DNA of 64,000 bases from the NCBI GenBank assembly GCA_951406725.2, contig OX597822.1, positions 8,060,001 to 8,124,000 on the forward strand. Reading direction: 5' to 3'. Positions 54,271 through 64,000 of this stretch are shown piece after piece (within the stretch, counting starts at the first letter, position 1; each line of letters opens with the position of its first letter). The position numbers were made by a program, and so were the translations under genes. The notes beneath the pieces are model-generated. The model was not told the origin of the DNA, ran no database searches, and saw only the letters and a program-made list of their open reading frames with translations. The DNA comes from Octopus vulgaris. Its lineage: Eukaryota.

Positions 54271-57184
54271 GGCCGAGCAAAACTTTGTGAGTGGATTTAT
54301 TAAAAGAAACCCGTCATATATACATATATACATATTTCCCGAGCCTGATACTAATACATCTGTTAGTTATCTACACCACGTGTCTTCGTATTTTGTTCTT
54401 TCTTTTGTGAATTCTCCCCGTATATATATATGTAATTACACCTCATTGTTCGAGATTGAGTATTCTTTAACTTTCAAATTTTCAATCACGAGGCTTGCCT
54501 TGCTTTTCGCCCGGGGAAAATACTTAAACCCCCAATAGCTTTTAGCCTGTAAAACCTCAGGTAATAATCCCTTTGAGTGAATTACCACATCTACATCTCG
54601 ACCTTGCTTTTGTGCCACAATAATCAATATGATTATGTTCAGTAAAAGGTATCAAAAACATCCAATATTGTTTTAAATATAATTTTCAAATTGAAGAACA
54701 AAAATTTACTCGTCGCTACTAATTAGTTTCCTACGACAATTAACAACGTTCTCCCGAGCCAATCAACACAGCCCCATTAGCAACCCGTATTTTGTCCCAC
54801 TGAGACATTTCTCATGTTACCACGACAATTACTCGGCAATCGTCTGGAAATACCGTTCGTTTTATCCGTAACCAATATAAAAGTACTTTCATCTCAAAAC
54901 TAAACTTAGTTTAGAAAATAGTTTTTTTGTTCGACGATGACATCATAGAGAATATATCTATAATACACACATACACACACATCACACACACACATTTATA
55001 TATATATATTGACAGGCAGTTACCTTTTCATATATCCACACATAAGTTAGCTTTAATACTTTTTATTGAATTTTAAATATATCGCTTGCGTAATACGAAT
55101 TTCTAAAGAAAGTTTTCATCGCTTTTATTTTTTCAATGACTGTGTTTTCTCTTGTATTTTTTCTTTATCACTTTCACACGAACCACGGAACTTTTACTTT
55201 GCACATGCGTGTTCAGAAAATCAATTGATGGGAATTTCTTAAGAAACTTTTGGGCAATTTCAGAAGTGAAGAATTTTCTGGGAAAAAAAAAATAAAAGTT
55301 AAAACAAAATAAAATATCAGCAGTTGGTGTAATAGGAAATGTGATGGATGAGATACATCGTTAATTGTCTAATAAAACCATCAATCAAATGTAACTGTCT
55401 TTAACACTAAACTTCAGCTTGTGTTTATTTGTGGAATGTGAATGAAGCAATAGATTTTGAAAGTGCTGGCAAGAGAGAAGTCGCGATAAATTTCAGAAAT
55501 TGATGGATGGAGAACCGATATACTATTTCACGCTAGTACGTTATAATTTGTTAATAAACTTGTTAAAAGAATCAGGTGAAATGATGAGGTCAAAATGCCA
55601 GCAAGAATAAAAAAAAGTATAAACAAATTTATAAGCTGAATATATATGTTTATTTGTTGTATGTCAGCGTATTTTGCAATTCTTACATACTTATAATACT
55701 AGCTCTCCGTTATTCTCTGTAAATCTGTCTATATAAACGCACATTTATACATAGACACACACTCACACACACACACACATACACACACACAAGCTTATGT
55801 CTGTGTGCGCTGGTTCGGGACCTCAGTGTGCGTATGTATATGTATACGTGAGTATCAGGTCAGGGTTCTGACAAGCAGAGTTATACTACCATCAGTGCTT
55901 TGCACATTTACGCCTGGTTCGTGGTTTAGTCGTCTACGGCTAAAATATCAGCCGCAGTATCTTTTTTACAAAAAAAAAAAAAACTATATTTAAATTGCCC
56001 TGTCAAATAATACATACTATCTGTCATAAAGAGATGATGAATCCCATTTCACATTTAAGAATGTTACTTGCTCAATTTGAATCTGATTTTCTGAAGCCAC
56101 TTGAGAGTATATTTGAAGTTTCTCATCTTTCTCCCGACCATTACATTCGTACAAATTTATGTATGAATTCATATATTTATTACTGTGAATGTAAAAGTAC
56201 GAATGCATTTGCGTGTAAATTCATGAAAAATCTTACCTTGTAGAGTCGCTATCGTCGGTTTAATGCTATTTTATCAATGGCATTGGCGAGAAATGTCGGT
56301 GAGTGTTCGTTGCTGACTCTACAGACTGAACGATGTCTGATGAGGAAGCAGACGCAAACTATAATTTTGAAGCATTGAAATATTATGCTGTCACAAGCAT
56401 TAATATGCAAGCAATGAGTTCATGGATTATTGCCTTCAGTTCAAGTGGCAGCCGTGCATGTGCAGTACAAAAAGTAAACAATCGTGATACAAGGAAGCTA
56501 TTTCAAGTAGTTACGCGAGGGGAAAAGAATTTGTTTTGATTTTCTTTGCATAAATTTCAAATTTGGAACACATTTACACCAGTTGTTGCATGATAAAATA
56601 CGTTCCAAACGTGCCCGATGTGTACTTTTTTTCTTTTTTTATTAGTATAGTGTTCAATTTTTTTCTGATTATGTATATTATGATTCCATATTATTCCCTG
56701 TTATTTCTAACATTAGAACGTAATCTCAGCAACGCGCAACGGCTTTTTGCTATAAGTGTTCAGGCAAACAAATTGCTGCGTGCATCTGGATTAATCGATA
56801 AGTATATTTTGGAAGTATTACAATGGTGCTATTCTGGTTTTATGTTGTTGCTGATCTCTATGATAAGATGAACTTATTGCCGCCTATTTTTCAGGACTGG
56901 CAATCATGTCAGAATTTGGTTATTGGCAGATGCATGAAGGTTATTGTAGTAAATGAATGCATTTTTTAAATATGTTTTTTGTTGTCTCAAGTGTAACTAA
57001 TCTTCTTTTAAAGTTATATGCAAACGATACATCTAATTCCTTGAAAGTCTACTGAAAACAATATTTAGTAAACAGTAAACATTCTACTGTTTTGTTCCTC
57101 TGGTTTCGATTGCAACTGAGAGATCGGTATATATCACTCGCAATAGTAAGGAGCAGATTATTTCATTATTTTTTCAGCTACGAA

Positions 57185-57381
57185 GGCGGCGTGCTGGGCG
57201 AAATGCTTAGTAGTATTTCGTCTGCCGTTACGTTCTGAGTTCAAATTCCGCTGATGTCAACTTTTGTTTTCATCATTTCGGGGTCAATAAATTAAATACC
57301 AGTGAACATTTCAGTTAATGTAATCGACTAGTCCCCTCCACAAAAATTTCAGGCCCTGTGCCTTTAGTAGAAAGGATTATT
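57185..57381 (+). mobile_element. SINE family A, short variant
   Basis: GGCGGCG..GGGCGAAATGCTTAG..GAGTTCAAATTCC...CTTTAGTAGAAAGGATTATT. Confidence 0.8.
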
Positions 57382-58940
57382 ATGTTCAGTTACAATTCCC
57401 GTACATTGATAGTCCAGTCTGCTTGTTGTCGAATAAGCTCGACTGTTGAATGTTGCCCATTTTGCTTTAGTTACGAACATATGGATCCTTTACTGGCATA
57501 ACAATGCGCCTCGTATAGAATCCTCCAAGATGTATGAAGGCGGTCATTGTCAAGAGCTATTAAACAGATTAGATTAAAAAGTGATTTTGAAATATTATCC
57601 ACCTACATGGGTATGGAAGCAAACTTATGATGTGTGGATATTGCCATGAAATCACTCTATGTCTCTATATAATTCTTCACACACACTCAAGCAGGGTGAA
57701 TTACGCTCTCTAGTAACAAGTAACTTGTGAGGAGAAGATGTAAATTCATCAATTTCAAGTGAGTTCAATATACAATAACTATAGAATGTCAATTTATTGT
57801 TGCCATAAGTGTTGTGTTGAAAATTATACTTTCCCCAAAACATAAAATTTTGAACTTAAACTAGCAAGCGATATTTACGTCACCTTATAAGCATGGGCTG
57901 TGCTATATGTGCATATCTTTATATTATTTCAAGGGGAGATAATTAGATGTCCTTGAAATCAATCCTGTTTTTCTTTATCAAACGCATTTCTAAATCAATT
58001 TCGCTTGTTTTCAAACTTAAAAGTTTGAGGTTTTCAAACTGAGCTACTCTTCTACATGTCGCCTGAAATACAGAGATCAATCAACACGTGAAATAGTTTC
58101 CAAGTTTTGGTCTTTCAACAAAATAGATGTGAGTTTGTAAAACTATGGAAAACAAAGTTAGATCGTAGAACGTGAATAGAACTTAGTATTTAATACCATG
58201 GGACCAATTCATACTCGCCAACGTGCATTTAGGCTAGACAAACACAATAATATTACCGTCGATTTTATACACAAACTTACACACGTATATGTTTCTCCAT
58301 ATATAAGTATGTATTCATATAGATTTTTTCGCAATAAATTACTGAAAGTGAGTTTGAAGTGTCCGCTTACTAGCCGTCAGCAGACTGTGTGATGAGGACA
58401 TGTAACGTGAAATCAAAGTCATGTTGAAACATCTCCTCGAAAAATATTTACAAATACCATACTATAATATGAGCAAAGTACGGTGTTCCTCTTTATTGTT
58501 ATATTGTGTATGTATTTTTATATAGTTATGGTATATTCTGTTGAGAACGTATTAGAGTACAGTATAAAGCTCGTCCACCATCAGATATCACCCTGTGCTA
58601 TCCAGTAGTAGTATTACACCTACCTACTTACAGCTCTGCGTTTGGGCTGCCGTCGTGTGTGAATAGACAATTAGAAACATTTCGCGTCAACAAGGAATAC
58701 GGTTGGACATTTATTGTTCAATTGTTTCTATGCAACGCAGTTTTCCAAGTGTGCAGGTATTTAATTATGCAACCGTTTCCCTGCATTTTTTAACTGTTGC
58801 ATGTACTGATATATTTGCGGTAATGATGTAATAAATATGTATAGCAAACCATTGTAATGCATGTACATACCAATTCCATACATTTGAAATTTGGTTTTAT
58901 TTCTTTGTATACGTTTCACTATGCATACAAACTCATATAA

Positions 58941-58996
<56 letters not shown>

Positions 58997-59057
58997 GCAC
59001 ACACAAATATGTATATATATAGACATATGTATTTAGATATATATATATTTATGAATG

Positions 59058-59096
<39 letters not shown>

Positions 59097-62000
59097 TGTG
59101 TGTTTATACATATAGGCATATTCTCACACGTATGTACACACACATATATATATGCATGTATTTGTGTGTGTACGTGTCTGTGTATGTGTTTATGGAGGGG
59201 ACCCTATATGTGTGTATTTGGGCGGGTATGCACATGTATTTTATTGTAATATATGATGAAAAGCATGAAATTTCGATGTGATACTTGGAGATTATGTACA
59301 CAAAGAGGGATGTATGATTACCATAAAATTACATTGCACAGAAATAAACATGAACTGGGTGCTTAGGTCAAAAGTTACATTCTATGGTGTGCCATTAATA
59401 TTGGCACTGCCTTGCGTAAACAAATAATAGCACGCGCCAATATTGTTGTTTAATAAAAAAAAAATACCAACCTGAAGAATAAGGAAATTATGGGTTTTGC
59501 AGCAAATCTGCACGTCAAATCATGTTTGCAGAAATCACATGAAAATAATGATAGTTATGAGAAGTCATTAGAATATATTTACGTGTTTTCAACACATGTG
59601 TAAAAGAATAAATTTTCTCCATCAATACAAGTATATATACTTCGTCGTTGTACCACAAGCAGCATTTACCTTTGACGACCATTGAGCGGTTGCAGGTTTA
59701 TATGTGAAAATTATATTTTGTATTTTGAAATACAAATGGAATGAAAATAATCAAAATCGTTATCGATTGCTGGTTTCAGGTTTAAGTTTTAATTCTGCTT
59801 CTTTAGTGACATAAACTTATGGACAAGAGCTGTTATTTAGACCGTAAATTAGAGATAGATGGAGGAAGTAGTGAGAGATATGAATGATCTAAAAATGTTA
59901 ACATTCTCAAAGGATATTAGCACATTTTTCACGATATATCATCATCCAGAATAGTGATCTAACACAGTGCTACGTGTGGCACAATGTTACATACTTTTCA
60001 CGGTTATATTTTTTCATAGTAACTCTACTGTTTGGGTGTATCATATCTTTATCAATTACGGTTTTCTAAGTTTCGTAATGCTATATTTAGTAGTAGGTAA
60101 CATGACATCTGCCGACTGGACATTGGGAATTGTGCATTCTACCGAAATACACCTGTCAACTCTCTGCTACTTGATGGTGGAACTGAAAATAACTGTCAAT
60201 TTGGAATGTTTAAGTTACAATGTTTTTGTTAAAGCGACAGATTTATATTTCGAAGCACATTCACACAACATATCATTCCCATGGCTCAGAAGTATTAGGA
60301 CCCAAGATACATTTGATAGATATCCTTCCCGTGGTTTCTTTTTATACCTTCCTACAATGTGAACCACCAGTATTTCCTAATGTATACACCCCAGGTTTTC
60401 CCTAATTTAGAATTAAACTCTGACCATGCAGCTGGCCAAGGCAAATTGTTCTTTATCTTGGGATGCTCTAGCGAATATCTTTCGCCTCAAAGGACGAAGA
60501 AGAAAAATTAAAGTTTCACTAACTTTCCATTTGTACAACGTAACGCAACAATGCAAAAGTGTGATGCGTAATTAAATATAATTGAACCTATTTAATTTAA
60601 CATTGTATTGTGAAAGTTTGTCATAATAGCAGATCCAACTATGTCTATATCTACCACTTCAGCTACTTTACAATTCTACGGCTCGCTTAACTTCTCACTA
60701 CTAATCTCCATTTCGACCTAACTATAGATATACATATTCCTTTCTTTCAGGTAAATGATCGCCCAGGATACCTGATATAATTTTATCTGCCGTTCATTGT
60801 GTCAGCTTTCTTACCTTGTGTTCGTCTCTAAAGATTTCACACCCTTTCCATTGCGAATCCATTTTTTCCATGGATCCACACTAACCCACTTCTTAGGGCT
60901 CTAATTCTCAGGCTGTAGTCAGCCTTGACATAATAAAACAACGAATTCCTGACGTCTTTAGTATGCTTTTTCATCCTTCAAAAGTTCCTCAAGATCTTAT
61001 TTCTTCCCAGCTTCATAACTTTGTAGCGGCCACCCACTTTTATATCCGCAGAGAGTATCATTTAGACGGTTGAATTTTTTCCACATTCCATGAAACTTAT
61101 AACCGCAGATTAGAAGTCTTGGTGTACCGGTTGACCGAACCGAAAAATTGCTGAAAGGCAAGCTAACATGTCGCGAATTTACTGCAAAATTTATTATTGT
61201 TTATATTTGAGTCATTGAGCGCACATTGGAAATACGAATTGCTGTTTTGAAATGTGGCCGCAATAAAACATAAAACATCCAATTAGCTGCATTAGCAGTT
61301 TGCGAAACTTTGATATACATATTTTGCCACACTGCCGTCGTAATTCTTCTCAAGAAACTCTACTCCACTTAACTTGCTTGAATATGTTTAATATGTTATA
61401 TAGAAGATTTACTTCGAAACCTGTTTTTTCATATTAATTAAGTTACTATATTTTTATGTCAGTTCAACTACTTCCTTAACATTGAAACCATCTTCTTCGT
61501 TGAGTTCTTAATCTACTATGTAGCATAAGTTGATGGAGTATTCACCCTGGATGTTATAGTAATCTGCACCGTATTTCCCTTACTAATAGGTTATCCGCGG
61601 CAGTCTCGAGCAGCACTACAGTTATTTTACATTCAATAGTAATACCCTTATGCTATTGAGTATATAGAAAGGTATAAATTACACACACAGAAATGCAGAT
61701 TCGCCAATTATGTGTGCATCGAGGAGCTTAACTCCTGTCTGTTATTATGTACTTCTTGAATACTGAAACGTAATTTGGAATATTTTCTGTGGTAGACTAG
61801 CTAATCATCTATGTGTACTCAGAACATATAAATCATCTTATGATACCATTTTTGACGTAGCATCAATGTATCTGTTAATACATATATTGTACTCATTCGC
61901 AAGTAGCAAAGTATATATTTTATTTAGCAGTAATATATGTCAGAGTTACATAATGAAAGAAATCAGTTATTTTTCTTCTGCAGACCAAGGTGACAACTTT

Positions 62001-62622
62001 GCTACGTTCCGTCTTTCTTCAGCCGTTTTACTTATTTCGTTAAATCTGTGATCTGGTGATACAAACAACCGAAACGTAGTAGTTTGTTGGTTTCTTATTT
62101 TCTTTGCATATAACATGCTAAAAAATTACTTTCATTTGAAGATGTGATAAATGAAAATATAGTGCTATGATTCCAAGTGTATAATGATATACGACATGCA
62201 ATTTATGACAAACCGTCGCTGACTCAATTATCCCATAGTTAGAGAGTGCTTGGTTTCTCATCGATTCCCAACCAGTGGTTCATGAAATAGCTCATACCCA
62301 TTTACACTCGTTAACGGAATCATCAATAAGTGTTAATTTCTATTTATATTCACCTTATAAATATTTCTTTAGTATATACTGGTTTCACTACTTCGGTATG
62401 CCTGCAGGTATTACCTCACTGTTTAGTGTTTCTAGCTTGCTAAAGCACTCCTTTAAGATGTGGGGCCTCTATATTCCATTTTTACACTGGCATATATGAG
62501 TGTGTGTTTGTGTGTGTACGTGTGTGTGTTCATATATGCATAAAACTTTATTTTTAAATATATTTATGTTCCTGCATAGAAAAATATTTTATCCGCATAA
62601 AATTATATTCGCGTAACATTTT

Positions 62623-62787
62623 TTGAAGAGGCCGACCAAGAACCCGCTGGCTTGACACCATCAAGAGTGATACTGGAATGGACATAGCCAGTCTGAAAGA
62701 AGCGGCCCAGGATAGAACAGACTGAAGGGCACTGATCTAACGAGTGACCGAGAGTCGACTTCGACTGAGCAGTTAGAAGAAGAAGAA
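62623..62787 (+). mobile_element. RTE/BovB-like LINE 3' fragment
   Basis: RGRPRTRWLDTIKSDTGMDIASLKEAAQDRTD*RALI*RVTESRLRL followed by a (GAA)n tail. Confidence 0.8.
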
Positions 62788-64000
62788 CATTTTTTGCGGT
62801 TGTCAGAGTGTTATTTCCCGTCATTAATCCTCTTTTATAATCTCTTTTCCAAGTTCTTGCAACGTTCGGAGTGCGATTTTGCTTTTTCTTTGATGCACGA
62901 AGTATATACAAACGGAATTTGTGTAAATAATTATCCCGGATTTTATATGTTTACCTTGTCGGTTAACGGCTTCTAATGTATTTTCTTTTATGTTAAATCA
63001 TGTACGAATTGTAATGCCTTCATGTATATGCATAGTGATCCTATGAGAGATATACATCGGTATATTACCAATACACTAGTTATTTGCCATAGTAGCGTTT
63101 ACAAATATTGCTTTTATGGGTACATTCACTATGTGCAATATATTTAATTCGTAACTTATTGCATGTTTGTGTTCTATCCAGTTTGGTATTATTGAATGTT
63201 ATTACGCACAATATTACAGATAGGCTATGGTTTCCAGCTGTAGAAAGTTTGAAGACTAACCAATAACGGTGATGGTGAAGCAAGAAAGCCATCTAGCGCA
63301 CGGCGCTACCTGCATTATGTGTTCTGTATAAGAAATCCAAATATTAATTTTGAAGCATAAATATATTCAAAAAACATCTACATATGATTAAGTGTCAGAC
63401 GACAGCTAATCATTAGCACGTTTGTTTACATATAACATGGTACGATAATTGAAAAGATGTATATAAACAAACCATACATACAACATTTTTTTATGGTGCA
63501 AGATGTGTGAATAGCAACACTAAATAACAGTATCTAAGTAGGTGTGAGCGAAGATAAAAATATTCCAAACGTCTTTAAATTATGTACCGAAAATACCTGC
63601 TCCGTTATTCTTTAGGAAATTGTGTTATGAGCTTGTTCTATTCGACATGAAAAGAAACAGCATTTGTGTTATATTATCGATGTTCTGGTTGCTTAGTTGG
63701 TGTGAGCCGATTAGTTAAAAATATTTTGTCTGCCATAATGACAGTTCTTGGACGACGATCAAAAATCTGTTTACAGCACACAAACGCTAACTGCTGTAGT
63801 TTTGAAAATAGTTGTTTTGATGTTTGTTTGAAAAACCGATAATTTTATGTAACCGTCTTTTTCGAAAACACGGCGCGAGTGTATCTCTCTCGGAGAAATG
63901 AAGGGTCAAGTGGTAAGGAAACATATCTGCTGGGATTACAAGGTTGTGTTTATGAAAAGGAAAACGAATAGTCCACTCCCTGATTTCGTCTCACGCTTCA

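Noticed and set aside
62040-62086. GGT..ACC GAAA CG TA GTAG motif
   Set aside because: The 5' core is unrecognisable and it could be chance.

Overview
AT-rich, microsatellite-dense eukaryotic DNA. It is probably intronic or intergenic octopus/cephalopod sequence, inferred from the SINE types and repeat landscape. No intact host gene is supported, and most listed ORFs are microsatellite artefacts. The window holds decayed Helitron, Tc1, mariner (x3), CR1-group (x2), R4/Dong-like, RTE and Penelope-like elements, a MITE with an 8-bp TSD and internal TTAGGG repeats, and many tRNA-derived SINEs. The main signal is a set of at least 7 different short non-coding units next to (TA)n or (AAT)n tracts, most of them head-to-head fold-backs. 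Each carries a type I hammerhead-ribozyme fold with a palindromic or near-palindromic helix III. The cores include canonical C3-G8 (4193-4235, 21874-21988, 35001-35087), compensatory G3-C8 (21643-21697) and U3-A8 (48293-48337) versions, and damaged copies. In one unit the duplicated arm starts at the predicted cleavage site. All structures were folded by eye and none has been tested.
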